Shown here: one piece after another, positions 40,195 to 53,660 of the stretch
Layout of the letters: every line of letters begins with the position of its first letter
Numbering within the stretch: the stretch's first letter is position 1
Assembly: GCA_028534125.1 (NCBI GenBank)
Contig: CM052817.1
Location: forward strand, 89,344,001 to 89,408,000
Direction: 5' to 3'
From: Lama glama
Taxonomy: Eukaryota
Length of the DNA stretch: 64,000 nt
The notes under the pieces: generated by a model
Databases searched by the model: none
Seen by the model: the letters and a program-made list of their open reading frames with translations, nothing else
Told to the model about the DNA's origin: nothing
Program-made: the position numbers and the translations under genes

Positions 40195-40885
40195 ATTTTT
40201 AAATCTGTCCATGTCCCTCCATCTCTACTTCCATTAGTTTTGTCAATACCACCTTCATCTTTGGCCTTATCTACTACATATCAGCCTGCTAATTATTTTT
40301 TTCTGTCAATGCAGCTGCATTACAAACCATTCTATAAAGTATAGCTAGTTAAATCTTGCAAATATTTATTGTAATAAGGCCACACTCTTCAAGAACTTCA
40401 CATTGCTTATGGGATAAAACTCTTCACATGACCTGCAAGGACTTCTAGTTTATGAAAAGTCATCTTCCCCAGCCTTATATGGAAGCTGGCCCATTTTTCT
40501 CCGTATTTTATTACTCTCACTTTCCTTCTCTTCCTCTGGGTCACTGTAGTCTCTCCTTTATATATGTGCTCCCTCTGTCTGGAATGGTCTTTTTCCACAA
40601 CCTTTTTCTTAACAAATATACTGTACAGCTATCCTTTAGACCTCAACTGAATCATCACTTACTCAAGACAGTTTTCTAAAATCTTGATCAGGTTCCTCTT
40701 TGTTATGTCCTCAAAGAACATCCTCCATTCAATTTACCTCCCCCTATTAGAATATAAACCACCTGAGGGCAGGAGTTGCATTACTATATCTCACTCTCCT
40801 TTATACTTTAGCATATAGCACAGAAAGTTCAAAATGGAACTATTCTATATATACATTTGAAGAAATTAGTGAGAGAAAGAATAAA
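40195..40885 (+). mobile_element. L2 3' fragment
   Basis: ctccatctctact...tgtgctccctctgtctggaatggtct...atcctttagacctcaactgaatcatcactt...attagaatataaaccacctgagggcagg. Confidence 0.8.
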
Positions 40886-41524
40886 TCTCAAATGGAGATG
40901 TACAATAACTACTTTTTAAGTAATAACATCAGATGGTTTATTCTGAGCCATTTATTCTTTAATAATATTTAAATATGTATTATATTAATCAATGCTCCAA
41001 AATATTTACTTAAAAATAAATAACTTAGCTATAGTCATTGGTATACATTTAGAAGTTAATACTTTTAAAGACTAGCAACCATGGCATTTCTGTAACAGTA
41101 GATTAATGAAATATGCTTGGCTAACAAAGTTCATTCTGCTAATGAGATAAAGCAAGAGTAATTTGAAAATATTACTAATCTAATAAAAATTGCGTGCATT
41201 TTCTCATCATTTTTAATGGAGAAGTAAGCAATCCAACTATTAATAGCATCAAAAAGTTGGAAGTTTTGATAATTATCACTTCTCAGACATACTTTAATTT
41301 TTATCCCTCATTTAAATGGCATCCATTTTACTTATTTGATTTTAATACATATAGTATTTAAATAAAAGTCACAACAGTGAATTATATTGTGCATCAAATA
41401 TTTCCTTTCAGGCTAGTAGCTGTCTAGCAAACAATTATATCAAGAAATTGGCATTTAGAAAAATGCAGCCTAAAATAAATTTATGTAATGTGCTTATTAA
41501 AGAGGCAAACTCATACACTTTGCA

Positions 41525-41720
41525 GTTAAAGAAATATTGGTTTGAGTTTTGAGCATATTACTTATTAGTTGAGAGATCTTTAATGAACAATTTTAATTCT
41601 CTAAACTCAGTGTGCTCACTCATTAAATATAGGTATAATGCCTAACTCACAGGGTTATTAGGAAGTTTAAAGGAAATAATCTTATGAAGTTTCTATCATA
41701 CTATGTGGCATATGAACAAA
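41525..41720 (+). mobile_element. MIR SINE
   Basis: ttacttattagttg...aattctctaaactcagt...taatgcctaactcacagggttattaggaagtttaaa. Confidence 0.7.
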
Positions 41721-44129
41721 AAATAAAAAATATATTTTTTCTAAACCACCACTTATTCTCTAGTGTAGTTTATAACACTCTATATTTTGTTTGAAGTTTC
41801 ATCTTATACTGCTTATATTATCTATTTATGGCTATAGCTGAAAATGGAGTAGACTGCTTCTAAACTGGCAAGAAGTGAAATGCAAAATGTTTATGGAAAA
41901 TTGTTCTTGAATCTGTTCTTAAATTATGTGTCAAATTTTACATGAATTCCAGAGCTAGAAAAAAGACAACATTCCAATCTGTCAGAAATATATTTTTTAT
42001 TTGCCTTGAGTGTCAGAGCAATATAGCATTCAAAACACAGGTCAAATACAAAATAGAAAAAATGCTAAGGAAATATTTCTGAAATCATACAGGCTTTAAC
42101 AAGGACTGTCTAGTATTTCTAAAATTTATCTGAAAAACCTAACAGAGAGAAATGAGGCAACACCTCAATTCAAAGATCCTATATCTTGGTGTTGGCAGAT
42201 ACAGTCCTTATATAGAAAGTTGTGTTCTTCCAAGGAAATAATGAAAATTATAAGATCAATTATAAAGATATGAAAATCTTGAACCCCAAACTACTAGATA
42301 AATATGCTATGAATATGTAAGTTTTGTGGTTTTAATTTTTAAAAAAAGGAAAAATAGAAATTTGTTCATTAGTTATGGCTCTATTGTCTACAAACTTATT
42401 CTTTCTCTTTTTTGAGAAACTTCCTCACCTACTATGCTCCCCCAAATGTTACAATCTTGATATCAGCATCATTTATCTTTAAGTAAATAAGCAAAATTAA
42501 TATCACTTATTCTGTAGTCAATATCTCTTTGTGATCATTTCCCTTAGTTGGTTCCCCAAAGTCCACAGGCAATCTATTGAAGAACAGTCTCACTCAAAGA
42601 TAATTCAAAATTGGAAGTCCTCTTTCCTGTGGTCATCTGAGGGTCTTTCTTGAAATCTGTCCCCTAATTTATCCCCATGCATGAGTGGATTTAATTCTGA
42701 CAATCTTATATATACCAGTTCTCAAAGTCAAACATTGTTCTATTATTTGGATACTTTTTAAATTAAAATTTTACCTGACCTTAATCATTAATCCTAAAAA
42801 TATATTTATTTACCTCATACTATGTGCAAGGTATGCAACTAGGTGCTGAGAATCCTCAAGTTAACCCAAAGATTTGGGCCTTGCCCTTGTCATGACTAAT
42901 GGGGAACATACATTGTAAATATGTATTGGTTAATGTTATATTTGTTTTAAAATATTCACATTTTCAAATAGATTTTTTTGAATTTTAGGCCTACATTCCA
43001 AAATTAGGTGCCACATCCTTCCATGTTGGACTTGCAAAAAAGTGGGAGGAGATAACAAATTGTGTTTGTGATTATTAAATCACTCATCCCCCTTGACTTC
43101 ATGAAAAGCATGAGAAATTGGAGAAAGATTCTGGAGGAGAATTTTGTGGGTCAAGCTATGTTTTGCGTCCTACCTCCTTACTCCACCCCCACACAACAAG
43201 GATGGGTTCTAGGATTATATGCTTATTCCTTATACCATACTAAGCACAAAAAGAATTTGGGTGGAATTTAATAGAGTATCATATGTATCTAACATTTGGA
43301 GGACAGGGTGGACCAGCTCAGAAAGTTTAGAGGTAGATACTGACTGCCTGAGTTGACAGTGAAGCTATGGGTAGGGGACTTTGTTGGAATCAGTTTACAC
43401 ATTTCTCTAGGTAAAAGATACCTGTTTTCTAGGAACAATATGCAAATGACATACAAAAGAAAGCTGCTTTGGATTCATCTTTGGTCATGTTCAAAAGAGC
43501 TTCCTGGAGAGATATTTATAATTCAGAAGAAAGAATATGAGGTAACACCATACATCTAGAGGTGAAAAAAGGATTATTAGGCTTTATCTTGGGAACTACT
43601 GATAACAGATTCAAAGAGAGGAAAATTTCTAAATAACCCATAAAAGAGTTTGTAGGACAAGCAACTTTAAGTATCTGCCAGTTCCAATTGTATCATAGCC
43701 AAGCTAGATTCACTAAAATAATGTTTCTGCTCACAATTCTTCTCCTTTACTCTAGAAAAATCACAACTGTGATTAACAGGAGAAAGAAAATAGATTTTAG
43801 ATGAAAAAAGAGGTTAAAAAGTTGATTATACCTCTCATTCCAGTCCTCAATTGTAGGTTTCTGCCTAAAGCGTGACTTGGCTGTGAGAGGAAAGTGCCTT
43901 ACATTTATAATAGTTGTCGATGTTTTATTATTGTATGGGACTGAATATTTTAATTAACACAATTTAAAGTGAATTTTGTTACCTAAAGTATTTGTATTAC
44001 ATTTCACTATCCAAGAGTAACTGGAAAAGTAATGACAGTTGCTCTACATTTCATCCAAATGTAGTGTGAAGACAAAACTCCAAGAGTTGATATAAAAGAA
44101 TAGTGGATACAAAAATGCGTATTATAAAA

Positions 44130-44590
44130 AATTCAGAATTTGATTTACTCAACATAATGGTTACTTAAGAAACAAAAAGTCACCTTGAACACCTAAGTAA
44201 ACAGGGGAATTTGTTATAAGGATAAAGTAGGTCTCTCAGAACCCCAAAACAATGAGGCAGCTGAGTTAGAATGAGATAAGAAACAGATAACCCTGTCAGA
44301 GCTCTTTCTCACCCTTCATCTGTTTCTCTTTGCATGTTAATTCTTTCTTTCCAGATTTTTCAACCCTCCCTTCATGGTTCATCAGGGGAAAAAAAAAATA
44401 GGCCACCAAGGTTCTCACAGATTCAACTTCCCTAAGAAATTATGTATCTTTCTGCTTCCAAACCAATGTTTTCAAAACAGTCTCTTCAGTTATGACCAGG
44501 AGACTGGTCTTACTGCATGAACAAAGCTGCTATTGAAGCCCCCTCTGTAACCATGGAGATGAGAGGTAAGTCACTGCAGGTTGTCACTAC
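44130..44590 (-). mobile_element. Old MaLR LTR (MLT1K/L-like)
   Basis: aggggaatttgttataaggata...tctcagaacc...tgtcactaca terminus. Confidence 0.55.
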
Positions 44591-44829
44591 AATAGAAAAT
44601 GAAATGCTGTCTATGATAATGCAATAGAAGACACCATGTAAACATAAAGAAAACACATCTACATCAGATTTTGGTGAAAGTGTTAAGAAAGAACATGAAA
44701 ATTTTTCAGATGAAGTGATTTTGCTGTATGTAACTGGGCAAAAAGTTCTTCCATAGGCTTTATTTGCCAGTGAAAATTATCTGGGCATGACAGGGGATGG
44801 AGTAGCAACTTGCAGCCATTTCTAATTGA

Positions 44830-45010
44830 TTCACCATATCTATACTTTAAATTATTTTGGTTTAAGAGTGCTACAAATTAATTGTATTTGTCTATTTAGG
44901 ATTTTAACACAATCTGAGAATCTTTGTCTTTCAGTAGAGAAGCTAAAACATTTACATTTACTGTCACAACTGATATTTTTGGCTTTCATCTGTCATATTG
45001 TTCTAGAGCT
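44830..45010 (-). mobile_element. Ancient L1 ORF2 5' fragment
   Basis: caatctgagaatctttgtctttcagtaga...catttacatttactgtcacaactgata is the reverse of the L1 EN start. Confidence 0.6.
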
Positions 45011-46295
45011 TCAGCAATGAATGCTTTCTTTCTTATATGTTTGTGCAATGTGAACTTGGCAAACAAGACCAATTACTGAGTATGAAATTAGAGTCAAGGA
45101 CTTTGTCTTTCAAAACTCACATAGATTTTTTTTCTATAGCATTCACTTTATTAAAATTGCAGAGGAGAAGATGATAGTGGCATTTTATTCCTTCCTAGGG
45201 TCTCTTCTTGCCTAGATTTACATAGGTATTATGTTATTCCTCATCTTTATCATTAAAAGAAAAAATAGCCATTTATTTCTGGATACAAATCTGTTTTTAT
45301 TAATTTTGCCTACAATATGACATGTTCATTGGATTGTTTTTTTTTTTTAAATTTAAGCTTAGCAGAAGTCTCTTTAAGCACGCATTTTATTATTACTACT
45401 GTTCTAATTGTTCTTTTTTTTCCTCAGGAAAACTTAACAACCTGTGGATAGACCTCTATCACCATTTTTTATGGTCCTTATTATTTTGATCGTTTTTAAA
45501 AAATCATGTGCTTTCATCACAGTACATCACTTCCCGACATCACTATTTTGCCTGCAAGGCTCATTCTACCCTTTGCTGTTTACAGTTAAGTCTGCCAAAG
45601 AGCTGGGATGCAGTAGGACAACTGCCCTTTCCTTTCAGTCAATACCTTTCCATTCAGGCTACAGATTTTGGTAATCCACAAAATCACATTTACTTCAGCC
45701 ATAACTGATTGAATCAGAGAGACCATGTGATAAAGAAAGATAAAATCATAGGCTTGAAGGAGTCCACCTAACTGACTCAGGATTTGATCTGTGGAACCAA
45801 AGATGGAGTGGCTGAATCGTATTTACAGAACAGACCTAATGACAAGGTCCCAAACTCCAGCTGCTACAGTTTGTTCCCTTCCTGGGAATGCTTCGGTTTG
45901 TTTGTTCACTTATAGCTTTTCCTTGGACACTTCAATTTCTATAACCCACTGTAAAACCAAACCTCTTTCTTTCAGCTAGTTTACCTACACGATATGTGGT
46001 CTTCTTTTTAATTGCACATTGTTCTTTCCTTATTTCTCTGTGCTACTATTTCATAGAGCCTTCTTGAATCTTATTAAAATACCAAACAGATTTCTAAAAT
46101 ATTACTACAATAAATCATTTTTAAAAGGTACATTTTTTCCTTTCACTTTCAAAATACGGTTTCCTCTTTATTAGACTACATTATATTTCCATAGGTCCAA
46201 CTCTATTTTCTTCTTCATTAGTCATTCTCTAAGGAGCACATATATACCTAAAATTAAACTTTGCCAACTAATCTCTGTGTATGCAAGGTTCTTTT

Positions 46296-46459
46296 CTTTT
46301 TTTTTTTTTTAATTTCTGTACTTTCATCTAATTCCCCTTCCCCCCACCTCCCACATCTGGTAACCACAAATCTGATCTTTTTGTCTGTGGGATTGTTTGT
46401 GTATTTTTGAAGTATAATTGACCTACAACACTTGTTAGTTCCTGTTACACCACACAGTG
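46296..46459 (-). mobile_element. Very short L1 3'UTR insertion with poly(A) tail
   Basis: T-run, then cctcccacatctggtaaccacaaatctgatc...gaagtataattgacctacaacac. Imperfect TSD TGCAAGGTTCTTTT / TGCACAGTTCTTTT. Confidence 0.75.
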
Positions 46460-48631
46460 TGCACAGTTCTTTTACCTATACTGTTTGTACCAGTCAAGTT
46501 CCTTTCTCTTTTGTACAGAAGGAAAGTTAGTGAAAAAACAACACCAGCAATAACAATGGTGCCCAGAATTTGACCCCACCTCCGGCTCCTAGTCCTTGAT
46601 CCTTCCTGTCTGTGCCCAAACCTGAGTTGTTAACTTGATTGGATTACATACCAATATGTAAATATCATTCTTGTAAGGCCATCCCTCCCTAATTCAGTAT
46701 ATCTCTATAGCTGGTTTGTTTCATGCTACATGTTCCGTGCCAACAGGCATCTTGCCATTGACTGGGATTTTCAGTTCAACTCCACAGGGCTTGCAGAAAA
46801 CAGAAATTCTTTCTTAACATGGAGTTGGGCAGCAATCTTAATTTTCTTTCATGTTTCCAATTGTAATCTTTTCTCATCTTTCCACTGGAATTTTAAAGGA
46901 GAATTGGAAAGACTACATTTGCTATGATAGATCCTCTCTTTATATTGGTATTTCAGACTTAAATTTCTAAGCCTGAATTTGAACAATTTCTCATTAAGTT
47001 TCAGTATGTTAACACATCATTTAGTTTGCAGAAATTGTTTTCCAAATGTGGTTATTTTCTTATTTCAATATAAGTGAAAAAGAAATTATTTTGTATATTC
47101 AGTATAGTGATTTTGCCATTAAAACCATTATGGAAAAGCTTATTAAGTAAATATTTAACAATTCCAAATAAAATTTATTTAAAGAAACCAGTGATAGAAC
47201 TGTTTAAGATTATCAGTTAGTTTGGAATTTTCCAAGATAAAACTCAAGTGGAATAATTTGAACTTAGAATCACAATTTGTTTACACCTTATTCCAAATAA
47301 CCATTAATTCTATGACTAAAACAAGAAGTTGTTTTTCAATGTCTTGTATTCACTCTACCAATTCAATCTCAAATATTTGGTCCTCGTGAAATAGTTTTAA
47401 TGAAATGACAAATTATTGTAACTTCTAGAAGCTCATGATTCAATACACTAGGATAAACTTTAGAAGTTAATTATTGTGTACAAGTCTGTAAGATATTTTT
47501 CTAGACTTAAAGCAATATGGAGACAATTCAGGTAAAACTTGATACCAGAACAGGAACTAAGTTAACAAACTCTCTAATAAAGCATGTATCTATAAACTTC
47601 TGAATTAGTTTTTTAAACATAAATATTGGCTTCTTCCCTAGTGTGATTTAAAGTTATATTCAGAGGAAATTTGCCTCATCTTTTATTTTGTATACTTTAT
47701 GCCCAGGTACAGTTTTTTGAGTGAAAAAAATAGTTCATTGAGAATATGAGTTTAGGGAGTAAAAACCCATGAGACACTGGTGTGCTTTGCAACATTTCAA
47801 AATAAATTCCAAACCTTTTGAGTGCATAAGATGCAAAATAAACCCTTTAATGATTCAGGTCTTACATTTTAAAGAATCCCTCATAGTTTTCAAGGTAATC
47901 AGACACATACAGCATCTCAAAAGTAGGTTTGCATTTTTTAGATCAAGAAAAAGCTGTATACATTTGGAAATGAATAGTACATAAGGTCTGAATGGCAATA
48001 ATAATGAAAGCTGTTAATACGCAGATTCAATTCAGAATGGCAAATAATTTATTTTTTTACCAAATAAGAGCCTTTTTACTTCTCAAAAATTAATTTCTCT
48101 CATTTTGTTACCCAATTCACCTTATGCAAACATATAGGCTACAATAATATATCCACAAACAGCACTTATAGATACAAGGGCTTAACTGTCAAATATGTTT
48201 TACCACCATCAATGCAAATTTTACATTACTGTTGTCTATATGACACAGTAAAAATCAATCCTATGTTTATTTCAATCACCCATTTAAAAAGCAATTTAAT
48301 AAAGTACTTATATTTTCTAAGTGTAATGAAATAGTTTATTCTAATACAATATACATAGTAATAAAGTAGTATTTCTTGTGTCACCTGTTCCAACTGGGTA
48401 TATTCTGAATAAGTTGTGTTTCAGTAAATCTAGTTTTCTTTTAGCCTCTCCATTTCCTGCTCATTAAATATAGAAAACAGATTTAAAAAAATAATAAAAT
48501 GAGAGAAACCTATGGATGAGATTATGTGACAATATCAAAGACAGAAAGCTGATGTAATTTTCCCCGTCTCAAAGAATAGGAGTCAGTAAAATTTCACTCC
48601 ACCAAAAATATTCTTACTGTGGAAATGCTAT

Positions 48632-49130
48632 TGTGAATGAAAAAATACCGCAAGCCATAACAGTAAACAAAGAATGCTGAAGCCATTAAGTCATCAGCGG
48701 CTGCCGGCACCCCACAGTGAAGACAAGCCTGCAGCCCAGCCTCTGTAGCCACTCACAATGGTGCACCCTGAGGGGACTCAGAATAAGAAAGGACAGGATA
48801 CTGGCTCTAGATAGCTAGGGGCTTGTCAAAGGAATGAATTCAATGAGCCCAAATGTTTGCTTCCTCCCATATATAGAAAAGCACTAAATTCTTTAACTTG
48901 AGGTGTCTGGTTTTCTTTAGTTAACAAGTAATCTTCTAATGTTCCACCTACCTGGTCTATGTGGTAAAACTCCTATGTATCCTAGCTCCTTCCTTACCTC
49001 TTCGGAGCAATTCCTCAGAGCGATCTGAGAGGCTGTCATTCTGGGCTTGAAGGGGTTCAATTCCTCAGAAATGTCCACCAAATAAAACATAACTCTCAAC
49101 TTTTGGGCTGTGCGTTTATTTCAGTGGACA
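48632..49130 (+). mobile_element. ERV1-class solo LTR (MER41-like, artiodactyl)
   Basis: TG...CA termini, perfect 4-bp TSD CTAT, AATAAA at 49081, terminal ttcagtggaca. Confidence 0.92.
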
Positions 49131-49659
49131 CTATTCATAACCACCAGGAGCTACTTGATAAAAAGAAGCATAAATTTTGTGGATAGGCATTATCAAGTAA
49201 AATAGGACCTGATTAGTGCCTATTATGCAAATACTGATGCTTGTCTATTAAAACTCTGGGCATCAAGATTCTAATTTCTCAAATTGGTTAATTCCACTGG
49301 GTTGAGATATTCATCTAACCAGCTACAATTAACTGAGATTTTTTTTTAACTTAACAATAGAATTAATCTCTGAAAAGACAACTTTATTTAAATATGTCTA
49401 TTTTTTAATGTGTATACCTATAGCAATGATAACTAGATATTAAATAAACATGTTATGTCTAATGATACATAAATGTATATATATGTGTGTATAAATACAT
49501 GTATTTTAATTTGAAAATAATATATGGAGAAAATTACAGTGTAGTTCCAAGTGCTTTAGTGCCAAATGCTTTCCGTTTTGTTACTGGTGAATCTCTTACC
49601 CAAGAATAACCAGGTTAATAGCCTCTCTTCTATACCATTTGCTGACTGACTTCTCTTTT

Positions 49660-50793
49660 CACTGCAGGTTCATTTCCTACTTAGGTCCTCATCATACTTG
49701 CCCCTTCTTCTAGTAAGTGCATAATCTGTTGAACGCCTTTCTCTGTTAATGACTCAGCCACAATGCATGGGTGACCGTCCCTGGCAGTTGTGTTTGTACT
49801 ATACTCTTCCTAACCAAGTGAACGGATATTTGACTGGAGTAGGCCTGATCAAAGCGTCTCTCCTAATTATTTGCAATTAGGACAGAGAAAGAGCCAATCT
49901 TTGTAAGTGATGAAACTGAGACAGGAAGGGGGCAGGGCACAGCCATTCAAGGGATGCTACAGCAATTAACATCAAAATGGTGAAAGATTCAACCCCCAGT
50001 AGGCCTTGAGGCTCAAGATGGTGGGAGATTTAACTTCTAGTAGACCTTGAGCTTCATTATATGCTTATTGTAATATATTAACGTGGTGAATAACATGCCC
50101 ACAGGCACCATGGCAGTCCCAAGGTTAGCCACAAAAGGTCAAAGAGTGGGAAATGGCCAACTTCCTGGGAATCCCAGCCCCTTCCCCAGGCTAGTTAAAC
50201 TGGTCCTTCCACTTATTTGAAAATGAAGCTACCAAAGCCCATTAAATCGGGCAACACTGCCCCTCAGGGCCTCTCTCTCTCTCTTCTTTCAGAGGAGGCC
50301 TGCACTCTGTCTATGGAGTATGTACCTACTTTTAATCTGAGCACCCAACCCCCACACTTCGTGGTCTTCCTCTTGCCTTTTGATGTATCTCTCTAAATAA
50401 ATCTATCTTTACTCAACTGTGGCTCCCTCTTGAATTCTTTCCTGCAAGAAGCGAAGGACCCACACTTGGCAGGGCATGTCCCAGGGGCTCAAATGAAGCC
50501 TGGGACACGGACCTCCTCACACCCCACATCCATTTTTCCTTCATCAAAATTATGAAATAATAGAACACTATTATTCCATTGAAGGAAAAAGAAAAGAAAA
50601 GGTTGTCTATGGGGAGAAAAACACAAGAATGACATAAACGCACTGAGCAGAGCTCTGGTGCCTCCTGAGATAAGGCTCCCGTCTTTTTCTTGGCTTCATG
50701 AAACACTATGAATCTTCTTTATAAACTAGATGTTTTTTTCAGCTTGTCTGAGTCGAGTTTTTTTCACATTTAAAATATAAGAGCCTTACTAAT
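49660..50793 (+). mobile_element. Old MaLR LTR (MLT1J/K-like) interrupted by an ERV1 LTR
   Basis: ccccttcttctagtaa...atatttgactggagtaggcctgatcaaagc on the left; cttgtctgagtcgagtttttttcac...gagccttactaata on the right. Confidence 0.6.
49917..50546 (+). mobile_element. ERV1-class solo LTR
   Basis: TGAGACAGG...ATCA termini, TSD AAAC/AAAT, AATAAA at about 50396, cttgaattctttcctgc..gaagc.aaggaccc U5 motif. Confidence 0.85.
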
Positions 50794-51289
50794 ATGGTTA
50801 AATAATTATAGTATTGTATTCTCATATTCTCTATCTACAGCTGTTCAAATCTTATCCTTTAAGGTACTTATTTCTAGAGCTCTAGCTATTTCAGCTTCAA
50901 GGGACCTCTCTGCAGATTCATAATATTTTATAAAATAAATTTTCTGAAAAATTACCTGGTAAAATATGCCTTTTCTATGCATTACTTCTATGGAATAGGT
51001 TTTATAGATTTTCTTGACTTTTAGCAAAGTTTTCTTGGCTGAATACTGATTGTAAGACTGACATTTCTTTAATAAAAGACCTTTATACTCTGTTTACTTT
51101 GTTGCAATGAATAACCACTTTTATTCCTTTAAGCAATCTCTGTATATGTTGAAAACGCTCCATTATCAACTTACCAAAGTAGAGTTTGATTTTTCAGTCT
51201 TACACACTAACTTGACATTTATTTAAATACAGAATACATTTTTAAAAGATATATTATATATACATACATAGGTATATACATTTATACCT

Positions 51290-51800
51290 ATACACTTACA
51301 TTCTAGTGTCTCTCAAAATAACATGACAATAACCAAACTCCTTATATTTTCACCAAAAAGAGTTTCTCTCAAAATCCTCCATCAAAGTAAATGTCTACTC
51401 TTGCTATCCTTCAATCCAAAAATCCAGATTTCATACTTTTTGATTTCATACTGTTTCAGATCATATATCCAATCTATGATGAAATACTGAAAGCTATATC
51501 TTCAGAATATATCCAGAATCTGAACTGTTCTCATCTTCACCACCAGCCCCAGGTCCAGACCATCATCTTTACTTGTAAAGATTTTTTGAAATTATCTTCT
51601 ACTCTAGTGGTCTTCCTGATTTTGTTCTTGGCTTCTTTGGTCAATTTGTTCCCCAGAAACCAGTGTCTTGTTAGGGCATTTCTCTGCTTGAAGTCCTCTA
51701 AGGCCAAAGACCTAACAATGACCCACAAGGTCCTACATCATCTATAAAGTTCTTACTACACTGTGCTCACCACAAAATAAGCACATGATCAACACTGATT
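51290..51800 (+). mobile_element. L2 fragment
   Basis: tctcaaaataacatg...accaaactcctt...tatcttcagaatatatccagaatctgaac...gtccagaccatcatc...cccacaaggtcctacat. Confidence 0.8.
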
Positions 51801-52087
51801 GATGCTATTTTTATAATTATTTTAAATTATATATAAGAAAACAATAGGCCCAGAAGGAAGTACTAAAGGAAAGAGCCTTAATTCTAATTCCTGCTTTTCC
51901 TTCTTCAAAGTTAATGGAGTCTCTTTTCATGTACAGAAAAAGTTAAATTGACAAAATAAAAATAAAAAGCTAGTAATATAAACAAGATGCAAGAAAACTT
52001 GGTAAAATATCAGTATAAATTCCACAAAGAGTAAAGCATTTTATAATGTCCCCATAGGAATTTGGGGAAAAAAATATCATGTGTAGG

Positions 52088-53080
52088 TGTTACCAAGCAA
52101 TGGCTCACTGACTGACGTGCAGAGAAGCCAATACTATAGCATTGGGTTTGGGAAAAGAAAAAGCTTTACTGGAAGGTTGACTGGCAAGGAGACAGGAGGC
52201 AAGGCTCAGATGTGTTGCCTGATCTCAGGTTGGGTCAATCTTTTATGAGCTAGGGGAGGAAGGTTGGTATGCAGAAGCGCTGGTGTATCAGGTTTCAGTT
52301 GAAGGGCTTTGGAACTTGGCCCCTGTGGCAAGGTATAGTAAAGGGGGCTTCAGCATCTGATATTCCTGGACAGCAGATCTTTTGCTTCTAAAAGGGTTCC
52401 CACATTCATGTTCTAGTCATGCCCTGATCCCCCGGTTCTGTGGGGGTAGAAACTTTGGTTCCAGGTGTTTTCTGAATTTTCAGAATTTTCTCCTCTGTAC
52501 ATGCTTCAGCTTAATATGACTTGCAATTTTATTCTGTTGTTTCTGAAAAAGCACTCTGTATCTTGTTATTGATAGACTAACCAGTTTTGTTACGGAAATG
52601 ATAGGCCAGCCAAGAAACAAGCACCACTCGGAGGGCTGGAGTACTCAGATGTATTACGCCGGCGGGCTCAGAGGGGCTTCTGCTCCAAAGCTCTGAGCAC
52701 CTCCAAGACGTGAGCATGAGGTTTTATAGGGTAAAGTACAAGCTTGGGGTATTCGGCCAATAGTCATGGAACAGCTTTAGTAGCATCATTATCACAAAAG
52801 TGGAGGCAGGGAGACAGCAAACCAACATTCCAAAGCAAGATATATCTCTTTGAAAATCCAGCTGGCTAGCAAAAAAAAAAACATGAACAGCAAACCAACA
52901 CTAATTAATTTAGATTTACGAGTTAGTCCAGCAGAACTCAGATCAGTATTCCGATACTTAGATTTGTGAGTTATCTTGTTTGCCCAGCCCAGCCTCTCCT
53001 TCACATTCCTAGACTTGTGAGTTATCTTGTTAGACCAGCTCGGCTTTTCCTTCACAGTTTGAGCTGACCCTGTGGTTACA
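52088..53080 (-). mobile_element. Older ERV1-class solo LTR (host of nested LTR)
   Basis: TGTTACC...GGTTACA termini, TSD TAGG/CAGG, agaagccaatact...aaagctttact...ggcaaggagacaggaggc motifs. Confidence 0.85.
52588..53056 (-). mobile_element. Young ERV1-class solo LTR nested in the older LTR
   Basis: TG...CA termini, perfect TSD GTTT, retained CpGs, TATAAAA on minus at about 52722-52728, U3 tandem duplication. Confidence 0.92.
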
Positions 53081-53479
53081 CAGGAATCACTATAAATCAG
53101 TAAAGTTATGTGAATTCATGAATAACCAGAAAAATTTTAGAAAATTTGGTTCTAAATCTGATAATAACAGAAAAAATTAAAAATCTATCAGTAAAGAGAG
53201 GCTGTTTATGACCATCTTCTTCCTATCAGTTGATTTGAATATGGTCAAACACAGGAATTTGAATCAGAAAAGCTTTATTATTAAAAACAGAAATTTGAGC
53301 AGCTAGTTATTTCATGGGGGAGAAGGTGAGATAGGGGAGATTCTGTCATTTTTTGGACTGTCTATTAATTAATTATCATATATTCTATTGTCCTTTCTAG
53401 GTTCACATTCATTGGTTCAGGGATTTCCTAATTGTGGGTAGTGGACAGTCTCAGTAATGAAGAATAATAGTGGTCACTG

Positions 53480-53660
53480 TTGAGTTGTCAGATGCCAGAT
53501 ATTGTGATGTGTGTGTGTTTACAACTTGATCCATAAAACAATTTTTTAATTTAGACATAGAAGTCAAGATTCAGTAACACTGCCAAATTTTTATAGCTAT
53601 GAAGTGGCCTAGCTATAAGCTGGGCTGAGGTCTATCTGAATCCAAAGCCAGTGTTTATAA
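53480..53660 (-). mobile_element. MIR SINE
   Basis: gttgagttgtcagatgccag...agaagtcaagattcag...gtctatctgaatccaaagcc. Confidence 0.6.

Noticed and set aside
43060..44110. Possible ancient LTR (MamGypLTR-type) remnant
   Set aside because: Only vague resemblance; termini and family could not be supported by eye
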